From positions 23,047-87,046 of IMG/VR virus record IMGVR_UViG_2852055501_000007: a stretch of 64,000 nucleotides of DNA; one strand, given 5' to 3'. This stretch comes from a virus (lineage: Duplodnaviria; Caudoviricetes). The translations under genes and the position numbers were made by a program. The notes beneath the pieces were generated by a model, which did not search any database, had not been told where the DNA came from, and worked only from the letters and a program-made list of their open reading frames with translations. Below are positions 1 to 8,884 of this stretch, one piece after another (the stretch's first letter is position 1; every line of letters starts with the position of its first letter).

Positions 1-40
1 GCTCGGCGTACCGGATCCCGTCTGCTACGGTTGCCATTCA

Positions 41-514
41 TCATTTTCTTTGTTTCAGAAATGCCTCGAAAGGGTCTTCTTCGGCTGGTGTGTTAATCGT
101 TACCTTCTGGCGGGCTGCCGGAGTGATACCAAACTCTGACATCATTTTGCAGATATTGTTAAATGCCCGGTCCCGCATAGCCACCTGCGGATGCGCCCGG
201 ATAATAATGTCACCCGTACTGGTCGTGGTCTGATAAGACTCCCCGACTTCAGCGATCACATCACGGTGATGTCGCCACTCGATGTATGCGCCGATCATTA
301 ATTCCAGTGCCATCCCGTCAAGTCTGGTAATTACGCCGATATCATTAAGTTCTTCGGCCATCCGCCTGAACCAGTATTTTTCCTGTTTAGAAAAATGCTT
401 CGGAGTTGGGGGTACCCCTGACGGTGGTTTTGGTTCTTTTTTATTGATCGGGCGTTTTGATGGGTTACCCCTGACCAAACGCAGATGTGTCGGGGTTCTT
501 GGTGGTCCTGACAT
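41..514 (-). CDS. Phage terminase small subunit, P27 family
   Basis: PTHLRLVRGNPSKRP N-terminus, HPQV...EFGITPAAR C-terminal motif; downstream of HNH. Confidence 0.9.
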   Translation of the reverse strand: MSGPPRTPTHLRLVRGNPSKRPINKKEPKPPSGVPPTPKHFSKQEKYWFRRMAEELNDIGVITRLDGMALELMIGAYIEWRHHRDVIAEVGESYQTTTSTGDIIIRAHPQVAMRDRAFNNICKMMSEFGITPAARQKVTINTPAEEDPFEAFLKQRK

Positions 515-584
515 AATAGATATCTCCTGTTAATACATGCTGGGGGAACCCCAAAAAAAGTTTTCTAACCTGCGGCGATGTGAA

Positions 585-650
585 AAAAGGCAAGGCGGCG
601 GTCCTCTGGCCGTGGGGCGGCAGGGATTTGACCTCCCCCTCCCCCTGATC
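585..650 (-). other. Probable cos region of prophage A
   Basis: GC-rich GACCGCCGCCTT and G-runs between HNH and terS, the position of cos in HK97-type phages. Confidence 0.45.
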
Positions 651-853
651 TATTCAAGGTGAATATCCGGAGCATCATCAACCACAGACGAATGCCAGAG
701 AAAACTAACAGATATAGATGAATGCGGCGGCGCTGTTGTTTCTATCTTTATGTCGGTCTGGTGGGATAACATCTCACCATCAACACTGAGGCAATACCCG
801 ACAAACCTCCCGCCTTTAAACATTCTGGATAGCTTAACCTGCTTCTTTTTCAT
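650..853 (-). CDS. Hypothetical phage protein
   Basis: ORF coupled to HNH stop, MKKKQVKL start with GGAGA RBS. Confidence 0.6.
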   Translation of the reverse strand: MKKKQVKLSRMFKGGRFVGYCLSVDGEMLSHQTDIKIETTAPPHSSISVSFLWHSSVVDDAPDIHLE

Positions 854-1200
854 CGTGTTCTCTCCGTTGCGGTCTTCCGGTAGTGACATGGCCAGCACAG
901 GCTTTGCAGATTGCTTTCCGCATCGGTTCCCCCATGTGCTTTGGGAGTGATGTGGTCGACTGTCTTCGCCTCGGTTACCCGTCCTTCACGCAGGCACTGC
1001 TGGCACAGATGCTTATCCCGGCTCAGAACCACCAGCCGCAGCCTGTCCCATTTGGTGCCGTAGCCACGTTCGTGTCGGCTCTTGCCCTGCTGATGGTTCT
1101 CCCACCCTGTATTGCGGTGTTCTTCGCAGTATCCGCTGCGGTCTGTGGTTGTCTTTGCGCAGCCTCGCTTGCGACAGGCGCGTGGTATACGTGGTGGCAT
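850..1200 (-). CDS. HNH endonuclease (terminase cofactor type)
   Basis: CQQC...VDHI...GG...NLQSLCWPCH; adjacent to terS. Confidence 0.92.
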   Translation of the reverse strand: MPPRIPRACRKRGCAKTTTDRSGYCEEHRNTGWENHQQGKSRHERGYGTKWDRLRLVVLSRDKHLCQQCLREGRVTEAKTVDHITPKAHGGTDAESNLQSLCWPCHYRKTATERTR

Positions 1201-1244
1201 AGATTTCCCCAATAAAAAACCCGCCGGAGCGGGTAATGTATTTG

Positions 1245-1556
1245 TTACGGTCTTTGCCAGGTAGCTCTGTGTTTTTTGCATTCCCGCATTACGGTGCTGA
1301 TACTTCTCCCCGGCGGAGATTCCATTGCTACAGTCTGCTGGAATGATCCTCTCTTTGGCGGATCAAGGTACTCAAATGTTAGCTCTCCGACTTTAGCCCA
1401 CAGATAACACTCTATTCCGCCAACTGCTGACTTAATTTCCGCTGATACGATCGCTATTGTTACATTGCCACCGTGCTCCCCCATGATTTCATATTTCAAA
1501 AAATCATTGTCGCCATTGTCTATGTATATAGTTTTAAGCACATTATGCAGAATCAT
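1245..1556 (-). CDS. Hypothetical protein (moron between lysis and packaging genes)
   Basis: ORF with GAGGA RBS before ATG 1556, followed by terminator-like hairpin 1215-1234. Confidence 0.55.
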   Translation of the reverse strand: MILHNVLKTIYIDNGDNDFLKYEIMGEHGGNVTIAIVSAEIKSAVGGIECYLWAKVGELTFEYLDPPKRGSFQQTVAMESPPGRSISTVMRECKKHRATWQRP

Positions 1557-2010
1557 ACAATTCCTCACCGTTGTGGCATGTACCCCGATACTACATGATG
1601 GCGGCAGACTTGCATAAACCTCTATCAACGCCACTCGTAAGCGACGTATGCGGAGTTTTATAAAATACAGGCAATAAATAGACCGCAGGGCGGTCTATTG
1701 AAGTGTTGCTGTATAATTATGTGGTTAGTCAGCAGGATAAATAATTTGCATATGCATCCCTGATTTGCCGAAAACCTGAATACAGCGAGCCTCGAAATCC
1801 TTATAATCAAGTGTTGTTGATTAGTACACGAAGCAGCCTGTATATTGAACATCGTAGTTAGAGTAAATATTCTTCTTCAATTGCCTTACCGCCCTGTTTT
1901 ACAGGGCTTTTTTTTGATTTTTTAATCGCATTGAAATTACGGAAGTTCTGAGGGTATACTCAGTACGAAAATAACAATAACTACTTCTCTAATATTCCAT
2001 ATGCGCCCCT

Positions 2011-2316
2011 TTATTCTGGGGCTTTTTTTTGCCTCTCCGCTTCAATCTCCCGTATTGCCCGTTTATCGTGATTGCAGTTGGCAATGTATTTCATAGCATC
2101 AGCCAGCAGCTCTACGGCACCACCGAACGTCAGATCATCCGGTATCTCTACCTGCTCACAATCAGCGGTCAGTTGCGGCGGAAGCGGCACCACTGGCGCG
2201 GGTATTAATTCCGGCCGCGTATCTGCGCAACTCACTGACAGCATCAGCGGGAACAGGAGCAGCAGCGCATTCACTGTCTTTGAAAACAGTTTTGATAACA
2301 GTCTTAACTTTGACAT
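2011..2316 (-). CDS. o-spanin (Rz1-like lipoprotein)
   Basis: Hydrophobic stretch + SVSC lipobox, Pro-rich, CNHDK motif; overlaps Rz 3' end; true start probably downstream of 2316. Confidence 0.8.
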   Translation of the reverse strand: MSKLRLLSKLFSKTVNALLLLFPLMLSVSCADTRPELIPAPVVPLPPQLTADCEQVEIPDDLTFGGAVELLADAMKYIANCNHDKRAIREIEAERQKKAPE

Positions 2317-2539
2317 GCTCTGTGTCCTCGGCCCGTTTGGCTTTGATGTTGTCGAGTGCTACGCGGTGTCTGATGGCAACAGCTGAAAGCGTAATGGTGT
2401 TTATCGTCTGCTGTGCTGACAACTGTCCGGACAACGTTGTGTTATTCACCTTCAGTTGCTGGTTATCCCGGTAAATGTCATATACCCACCAGACAGCAGC
2501 AATAAACAGCGCGGCAATTACCGTTTCTTTCCGGTTCAT
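2162..2539 (-). CDS. i-spanin (Rz-like)
   Basis: N-terminal TM helix, coiled coil, C-terminal Cys; follows endolysin. Confidence 0.8.
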   Translation of the reverse strand: MNRKETVIAALFIAAVWWVYDIYRDNQQLKVNNTTLSGQLSAQQTINTITLSAVAIRHRVALDNIKAKRAEDTEHVKVKTVIKTVFKDSECAAAPVPADAVSELRRYAAGINTRASGAASAATDR

Positions 2540-2694
2540 GGAGCTTCACACTCATAATGGATCACACCGTCCAGCGGGTTACCCGGCAGTGGCTTACAGT
2601 GAGTATCGAGTGAATACAGATAACAGCCCGCCAGCAGGCAGGCCGTCAGAAGAATGATAGCGATGATGATCAGCATTATGGGGTTCCGTGACAT
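2536..2694 (-). CDS. 52-aa membrane/lipoprotein-like protein in lysis cassette
   Basis: Hand translation [52 protein letters not shown]; ATGA overlap with Rz; homolog at 51838-51996. Confidence 0.7.
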   Translation of the reverse strand: MSRNPIMLIIIAIILLTACLLAGCYLYSLDTHCKPLPGNPLDGVIHYECEAP

Positions 2695-3152
2695 ATCGCT
2701 TTCTCCGTCTCGCGCCGGTTAATCAGACCCTGCCACCGCTTACCACCGGAAAATGTCCAGCGCTTCATTTCGTCACACGCACCGGCGATATCACCGGCAT
2801 TGAGCTTCCGCAGCATCGTCGAACGCGAGAACGCGCCGGGGCCGACATTGTAAACAAATGAATAGATGGCAGCCCGGGTATTGTCATCAATCGGCACTTT
2901 GATCATAGGATCAACCGCGCGCCGGACTTTCGTCAGGTCGTCGTGCAACAAGGCCTTGCATTCAGCGTCCGTGTACAGCTTGCCGGGCTGAATATCACTG
3001 CCGGTATGGCCATAACATACGGTGAGCACTCCGGCCACATCACGATAAGGCGTATACTCAACACCTTCATATACGGGGATCAGCACCAGCGCACCGGCAA
3101 TTGCCCCGACAGTACAAGCAGCCATTACCTTTTTAACCAATCGCTTATTCAT
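2676..3152 (-). CDS. Endolysin, T4-lysozyme-like (SAR type)
   Basis: Gly/Ala-rich N-terminal SAR segment, E-8x-D-5x-T triad ([16 protein letters not shown]), GLINRR. Confidence 0.95.
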   Translation of the reverse strand: MNKRLVKKVMAACTVGAIAGALVLIPVYEGVEYTPYRDVAGVLTVCYGHTGSDIQPGKLYTDAECKALLHDDLTKVRRAVDPMIKVPIDDNTRAAIYSFVYNVGPGAFSRSTMLRKLNAGDIAGACDEMKRWTFSGGKRWQGLINRRETEKAICHGTP

Positions 3153-3342
3153 GATGTTCTCCGGCTTTCAGCTGGAATTCTTTCCGTTTGTAATACCAGT
3201 TCACCAGGAACGTTCCGACAGTACAGATGATCCCGGCAACAATAGCCCACTGGTCCAGAGATAAAACGCCAAAAGCAGAGGTTATAAGTCCCCAGGCGTA
3301 TGCTGTAGGGCTGGAATATTTGTCAGACATGCGCATATCCAC
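3145..3342 (-). CDS. Class II holin (S21-like pinholin), dual-start M-R-M
   Basis: Two TM segments, TFLVNWYYK motif, immediately upstream of endolysin. Confidence 0.9.
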   Translation of the reverse strand: MDMRMSDKYSSPTAYAWGLITSAFGVLSLDQWAIVAGIICTVGTFLVNWYYKRKEFQLKAGEHHE

Positions 3343-3817
3343 CCCCTGCGGAGTGTTCCGTATGTTGAGTGATAGGGAAATCCCGCAACCGGGTTATATG
3401 TTTTAAACAGGTTAAAGTGAGGCGGCTGCGGCATTATTCGGAATCCCACCAGAGGCGGGAAAGCAATAAGAAGAGCACTGTGACCGAATACGGATTAGGT
3501 AATGAGCCTGTCGTATTCCTATGCTCTTATTATTGCCATGAATAAAAAACCGCGTACAGCTCTTATGTTAAGTGATAATAAGGTAATTGATGCTGTGGCA
3601 ATATAAACGAAAAAGGCCGCAAAAGGCGACCTTTGGAATTTAAATAAATATTATACAACCTTTCTTAATCTAAATGACGCACTACAATTGTAAACAATAC
3701 ATCTTAGTTATGTTGTTGGTATATACTTATTCTTTCCTCGGTTGCTGTTTGCGGTTTTTTTGTACACAACTAATGCTCTATCCGGTGATTCAACAGAATT
3801 GAATATGTGAGCTATCA

Positions 3818-4024
3818 TTATGGTTTTTTATCATCCTGACTCAGGCATAGCGAACATAAAACAACAGGCCCTTTTGCTATAACAACAGCCTGTTGAATAG
3901 CTGCATGCTCTCCCCAGAAATATCCGACATACGCTGTACTTTTAGCCTGCTGTAACTTTTGACATGTAATTTTATGTAAAACAAAACTACTATCACTCTC
4001 AGTCAACGTTAAATAATAATCCAT
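3818..4024 (-). CDS. Small hypothetical protein with H-x3-C and CxxC
   Basis: 68-aa ORF with putative Zn ligands. Confidence 0.55.
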   Translation of the reverse strand: MDYYLTLTESDSSFVLHKITCQKLQQAKSTAYVGYFWGEHAAIQQAVVIAKGPVVLCSLCLSQDDKKP

Positions 4025-4192
4025 ATACCCCGCCTGTTATTCTTTATACTTATAAAAACAGGAATAACATATTAACAGGGATTTTAAAAATTAAAAAATC
4101 TACTGATTCCCTGTCATAAGAATCCAACCAGACAACTGATCCTGCCACACCATGGATCTGGTACATCTTTTTTTAAACAAAAAAACAGAATA

Positions 4193-4336
4193 TTATGCAT
4201 TACAGTCCTCTTGTTTATTCAATTCAGCAAGCGCTAATTCTCTCATCCAATCTGAAAGCAGTGGTTTAGTTTTTACCGCATCCATGAGCGCTCTCTCTTT
4301 TTTGGTCAGGCGAACAACAATTACTTCTGTTTTCAT
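4193..4336 (-). CDS. 47-aa ribbon-helix-helix-like protein
   Basis: Hand translation MKTEVIVVRLTKKERALMDAVKTKPLLSDWMRELALAELNKQEDCNA; GAGGG upstream. Confidence 0.55.
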   Translation of the reverse strand: MKTEVIVVRLTKKERALMDAVKTKPLLSDWMRELALAELNKQEDCNA

Positions 4337-4672
4337 ATTAGGCACAATAATTTCCCTCTGTTAAGAAATAATATTGGCACAAAACAAAAGCAGAGATGTC
4401 GACTTTACACGTATTTACATAATAAAAAGCCCCATCATAACTGATGAGGCTGAAAAGACTCTGGTGGAGCACCTAGTCTCCCCGTCTTCATCTTTTACTC
4501 TTTAAGTATAGCAGATAAAATCAATACGACCCCCAAAAAACAAGATAATCAAATTTTAATTTAAAAATATAATGGCCGTTTTATGGATGGTGATGTTTTG
4601 TATCAATTTATTCCTGACATTTACATAACACAAGTAATCTGTGGATAGTTTTACACATACTTCAAATGTGAT

Positions 4673-4780
4673 TTATGCAAAGTAAACAACCATCAACACA
4701 ATGGCTAACACCAGCAAAGCAGAAACTGATAACCATTGAAATAAACGGAACACTGTATCAAATTGAAACGGGTTAAACAT
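4673..4780 (-). CDS. 35-aa single-TM peptide
   Basis: Hand translation MFNPFQFDTVFRLFQWLSVSALLVLAIVLMVVYFA with GAGGAG RBS. Confidence 0.55.
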   Translation of the reverse strand: MFNPFQFDTVFRLFQWLSVSALLVLAIVLMVVYFA

Positions 4781-4950
4781 AGATACTCCTCTGGAACATA
4801 GTCCCGTGAGTGCCGCTCATTTCTCTGATTCACCGGTAAAGAAGATAACCTTACGGTTGTAAAGTCAGCTCCCAGACTGAGCCAACGGCACGGTATTGAC
4901 AACACTACTATACCACATCGTCTTGGCACGGATTTTTTATTTACCTGATA

Positions 4951-5385
4951 TTACTCAGCTTCGCAGTTTACCTTTTTTCTTTTAAGAATTGGTTTTTCAG
5001 TATTAGCTACATAAAGAGCAAATACTAATATCAGAATTGTAATTGAATATACGATTAATAATGATGGTTGTTTATGTTCGACTACTACCAGCCTGATAAC
5101 CGCTGTTATTGCTATATATAAAAAATAATGCAGCGGAAAATGATAGTTTGATTGAAAGTACTTGATTATTAATGCAATAAATTCAAAATATAAAAAATAT
5201 ATAATTATCCCATCAACTAATGAATACAGCGACACCGGGTCATTTTTTTTAAATAACAAAGCAGCAAGGATAATTGTTTCTTTTATCAAAAAAACAATCA
5301 ATATAATTGCCAAAAGTAACAGTGCCGCACTGCTGATCCACTGAAGCAACCGACTTATTAACTTTGATTGGCTCAACCCTGACAT
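4951..5385 (-). CDS. psiE: Phosphate-starvation-inducible membrane protein PsiE
   Basis: [15 protein letters not shown]...HFPL.YF.YI.ITA..RL motifs, 4 TM. Confidence 0.9.
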   Translation of the reverse strand: MSGLSQSKLISRLLQWISSAALLLLAIILIVFLIKETIILAALLFKKNDPVSLYSLVDGIIIYFLYFEFIALIIKYFQSNYHFPLHYFLYIAITAVIRLVVVEHKQPSLLIVYSITILILVFALYVANTEKPILKRKKVNCEAE

Positions 5386-5653
5386 GATGGCTCCTGAGGT
5401 TTCCCTCTTCAATATCACATCTATTTTTTATAGAATACAAAAATAAAGAACCGAAGGTACGGAACTTGCTAAACGTCAGCTGATATGAAGTGTGTTTATA
5501 CAGTTTACCACATTCTATTTCTTTAACTGTCTTACTTACACGTGATTACAATAAATAATCAACTTCATCAACATGAGTATAAAAACCCGCAATACGAAGT
5601 TTTTGTTTATAAGCAATGTGATACAGAGATCATTCAATGACAATCTTTGTAAC

Positions 5654-6583
5654 TTATTTGTACAGAGAATTTTCTCCCGGAGGTCTGGTCTTAAACCTTC
5701 TGTGTGCCCACAAGTATTGGTCCGGAGCATGCATGATTTCTGCCTCAATAATCTGATTTAGTTTCTCAGCATCTGCCAGGTCATCTCCACACGGAAAATC
5801 AGCAATTTCTTTACCAATTATTAATTCATAAGGCCTCTTACCACTTTCATTATTTCTTATCATCGTTGCAGTAAGTATCGGCGACTTCGATAATTTGGCT
5901 ATAGCTGCCACTCCTTTTGATGTAGAAGCATTAGCTACCGAAAAAAAAGGGGCGAAGATAGTACCTTTAGTTCCAAAGTCCTGATCCGGAGCAAACCAAA
6001 TAGCCTGCCCGCGTTTTAGTTCCGATACCATAAACTTCAGATTCTTACGGTCGATCATCCCGCTTCCGGAACGGCTTCGGCATCTTGTTTGTATATACTC
6101 CATTGCTTTATTGTTGTGGGGACGATACATAGCATTTACAGGAAAACACAGCCCCATAACTCTGCCCCCAAGTTCCAGCGACATGGAATGAATACCAATA
6201 ATTAAAACACCATTATTTTTGTCATATACATCATTAAAGTTATCACAACCCGTTACTCTAAATATTTCATTAATTTTTTTGTCATTCCAGAACCAGGCAA
6301 TACCGGTTTCAAATAATGCAATCCCTAAAGATGACAGGTTGCTTGCAACCATACTCTCTATCTGGATTTTATTTCTGTCAGGAAAACATAATTCTAAATT
6401 TTTTTTAATTATGGATACCCGCCTTTTCAGGAACAAACCAGAAAAACGACCTAACTTATCGCCTAAAAACACAAGCCATGGATAAGGCATCTGAACCAAA
6501 CAGAAAAGCAACAGGATACCAATCCAGGTTAAAATGTACCTTGGGTGAAGAAGCCTGATAGAAAATTTATTCAGAGAATACAT
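5654..6583 (-). CDS. lpxP: Kdo2-lipid IVA acyltransferase, LpxP/LpxL family (closest to LpxP)
   Basis: LLHPRY, ETGIAWFW, H-SMSL-E, LELGGRVMGLC, YRPHNN, WFAPDQD, QYLW.HRRFKTRP. Confidence 0.88.
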   Translation of the reverse strand: MYSLNKFSIRLLHPRYILTWIGILLLFCLVQMPYPWLVFLGDKLGRFSGLFLKRRVSIIKKNLELCFPDRNKIQIESMVASNLSSLGIALFETGIAWFWNDKKINEIFRVTGCDNFNDVYDKNNGVLIIGIHSMSLELGGRVMGLCFPVNAMYRPHNNKAMEYIQTRCRSRSGSGMIDRKNLKFMVSELKRGQAIWFAPDQDFGTKGTIFAPFFSVANASTSKGVAAIAKLSKSPILTATMIRNNESGKRPYELIIGKEIADFPCGDDLADAEKLNQIIEAEIMHAPDQYLWAHRRFKTRPPGENSLYK

Positions 6584-6616
6584 TTTTTCCTGATAAGGAA
6601 TAATTACTGCATAATA

Positions 6617-6645
6617 AAAAGACCTGATAATATTATCAGGCCTTG
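6617..6645 (-). terminator. Rho-independent terminator after csp/ymcF-like
   Basis: CCTGATAATATTATCAGG hairpin followed by T-run on minus strand. Confidence 0.65.
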
Positions 6646-6658
6646 GAATTTAGTTTTT

Positions 6659-6799
6659 CTATTGCCTGGACAACAGCATCACCGTTTTACAAAAAATGCA
6701 TTTTGCACCATGCGGATTTGATGCAGAAACATCAAAGTGCGAAGTCCGGTATTGTGTTCCACTGCAACAGGGGCACTGAAAAAACAGTGCTATTATCAT
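6659..6799 (-). CDS. YmcF/YnfQ-like cold-shock small Cys-rich protein
   Basis: Hand translation MIIALFFQCPCCSGTQYRTSHFDVSASNPHGAKCIFCKTVMLLSRQ; directly downstream of csp as for E. coli cspG-ymcF. Confidence 0.8.
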   Translation of the reverse strand: MIIALFFQCPCCSGTQYRTSHFDVSASNPHGAKCIFCKTVMLLSRQ

Positions 6800-6808
6800 T
6801 GGTGCGCC

Positions 6809-7021
6809 TTAGAGACCCACCACATTTGATGCAGACGGACCTTTTGCCCCGTCTTCAATATTGAAGGTAACATTCTGACCTTCAAATAATGTTTTGAAGC
6901 TGTCACTCTGAATCGCAGAGAAGTGAACAAACACATCTTTGCTACCATCTGCCGGAGAGATGAAGCCAAAACCTTTCGATTCGTTAAACCATTTTACTGA
7001 ACCAGTCATTGTATTAGACAT
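6809..7021 (-). CDS. Cold-shock protein, CspA family
   Basis: VKWFN..KGFGFI (RNP1), [10 protein letters not shown] (RNP2), 70 aa. Confidence 0.97.
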   Translation of the reverse strand: MSNTMTGSVKWFNESKGFGFISPADGSKDVFVHFSAIQSDSFKTLFEGQNVTFNIEDGAKGPSASNVVGL

Positions 7022-7230
7022 AGAATTTCCTTTAATTTTTTGATTGCCATAAGGCATATGAGGTTTGTTTTTTATTTTTACTTATGGGAATTAATTAGAA
7101 GGAATTCGCAATGAAGTGGTATCGGTGATAACGCTAAATGGTGAACGACTTTAAACTGACTAGCATAAATAGGCCTGTACTTCCAAACCAGTGAGATCAT
7201 TAAGCCACAGATGTTCACATATAGCAAATT
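7022..7230 (-). promoter_or_regulatory. cspA-type promoter, cold box and long 5' UTR
   Basis: TTGCTA...CTTAAT promoter (7199-7227), GGTTTGGAAGTACAG cold-box-like start (7175-7190), ~170-nt leader. Confidence 0.7.
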
Positions 7231-7315
7231 ATATTATTTTATCTCTCAAATGTTACGTATCACCACACGTAAATCACAAATGATTTTAACAACTTATCTT
7301 ATCTGTTTATCAACA

Positions 7316-7410
7316 TAAAAAAACCCCGTAAAAACGGGGATTTCAGTTTATAATCAATACGACACAGAAATAACTCTGATCACAATAGCGTATTTTTTAC
7401 GATCGTAAAG
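7316..7410 (-). promoter_or_regulatory. Late promoter pR'-like and terminator tR'-like of prophage A
   Basis: TTACGA/TATTGT hexamers at the end of Q followed by CCCCGT..ACGGGG hairpin + T-run; parallels 54507-54600. Confidence 0.6.
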
Positions 7411-7834
7411 TATTAATTTTTAAATCATGTAATTTGTTCATAAATGTCCGCATACCTCCACGATGTGATGTACCGTCCATTTCCAGTTTTATATCTCCCA
7501 TTATGAGCATTCCTTCCACCAGCCCTTCTGCCTTCTGGAGTTTTTTCCCTATGTGAGTGTCTGAGCACCCGTATTTCTTGGCCAACTGAATAAACGTCTT
7601 ACCGAAAACATAGTAATCAAAAAGCAGATCATGCATATCGCTGTTGCGGATGTTTAGTTTTGCCATAATGCCGGATATCACCAGTGCATCATTATCAGTA
7701 CATTGCTGACGACTCTTAACCTTTACGGGGATAAGCCCTTTAAACCCGGCGGCAATTGATGACCAGGTTACAGATTCCGGGTTATCCGCAACCCATGCCC
7801 CCCAGCGTTCTAATATCATCTGAATATTGCTCAT
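7397..7834 (-). CDS. Late antitermination protein Q
   Basis: [28 protein letters not shown] motifs. Confidence 0.9.
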   Translation of the reverse strand: MSNIQMILERWGAWVADNPESVTWSSIAAGFKGLIPVKVKSRQQCTDNDALVISGIMAKLNIRNSDMHDLLFDYYVFGKTFIQLAKKYGCSDTHIGKKLQKAEGLVEGMLIMGDIKLEMDGTSHRGGMRTFMNKLHDLKINTLRS

Positions 7835-7864
7835 CGTTTATCTCTCCGCACTCCGTACAGCGCA

Positions 7865-8884
7865 TTAACCAAAAACGCCGATCCCGTATGACCGGTTCAT
7901 AAATCTAAATAACAACTCCAGCTGGCTGCCGTGTTTCCGCTCCCAGGCGTTCACATCCCGGTGTAACTCGTCATGGTGAATACGGCACAGCGGGATGGTA
8001 AAAATGTCGTGTGCCTTTGTACCGGTACCGCCGGTGCCGTGCCCGATGATGTGATGCGGGTCATCTGCCTGCTGACCACATACGCAACACGGCTGACTCT
8101 TCACCCATTGCAGGTACTTCGGACACTCCCAGCGCTTTAACTTCGGGATCCGCATAAAACTTGCTGGTGGTTCCGGCTCTATATCAGGAACAATGACAGG
8201 TTTTATCTGCTCAACGATGTCCTGAACAATCCGGCTGTGTGAGCGCGTCCGGTGAACGATGGAATGCTCCGTCATGGTGCCGCCGGTTATCTCTTCTTCC
8301 GGTGACTGCATCAGAATGTAAGAACAGATGAAGGCCGGAAGATGCTCACTGACACGATGCATCACAGACCAGGTGAACAAATCGGAAGGATTCAGAAGAT
8401 GATCGCCGGGCAACCGTAAATCGATAAATATGCTCTGCGCCACAAATGCCCGCTGGTTGCGTAACAGAATTTTGTCCGCCTGCTGCTGGCAGTACTCTCC
8501 CTTCCTGAGAATATTGTCATGATGCCAGCACGTCCGGATAAAACCGTCTTTGTGGCGGGTCATGGTCAGTTCATGGTGATGATACGGATCTGCTTCGTCG
8601 TCAATCTGGCAATGATTTACTGATGAAACGTAATGACGAAATCCCTGTAAACCACCGGCAGCTTTTACCACGGCGGGATTGTCCAGGAAACGCAGTACCC
8701 GCTCATCTGTCAGCAGCGGCTGTGCATCTGCAGGAACGCGGCCGGACGGAATGCCATCCATTGAACGGGGAGCCGCACTCACAACATAACGGGCACCGTT
8801 CCGGAAGTTGCAAATCTCAGCACCGGGATTAAACATCAGGATCCGGGTATCTTTCTGAACAAAGCCGGTTAACAGATAATTCAT
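7865..8884 (-). CDS. DUF968-family protein (C-terminal HNH-like Zn domain)
   Basis: WVKSQPCCVCG..ADDPHH, PLCR.HH.ELH. Confidence 0.85.
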   Translation of the reverse strand: MNYLLTGFVQKDTRILMFNPGAEICNFRNGARYVVSAAPRSMDGIPSGRVPADAQPLLTDERVLRFLDNPAVVKAAGGLQGFRHYVSSVNHCQIDDEADPYHHHELTMTRHKDGFIRTCWHHDNILRKGEYCQQQADKILLRNQRAFVAQSIFIDLRLPGDHLLNPSDLFTWSVMHRVSEHLPAFICSYILMQSPEEEITGGTMTEHSIVHRTRSHSRIVQDIVEQIKPVIVPDIEPEPPASFMRIPKLKRWECPKYLQWVKSQPCCVCGQQADDPHHIIGHGTGGTGTKAHDIFTIPLCRIHHDELHRDVNAWERKHGSQLELLFRFMNRSYGIGVFG

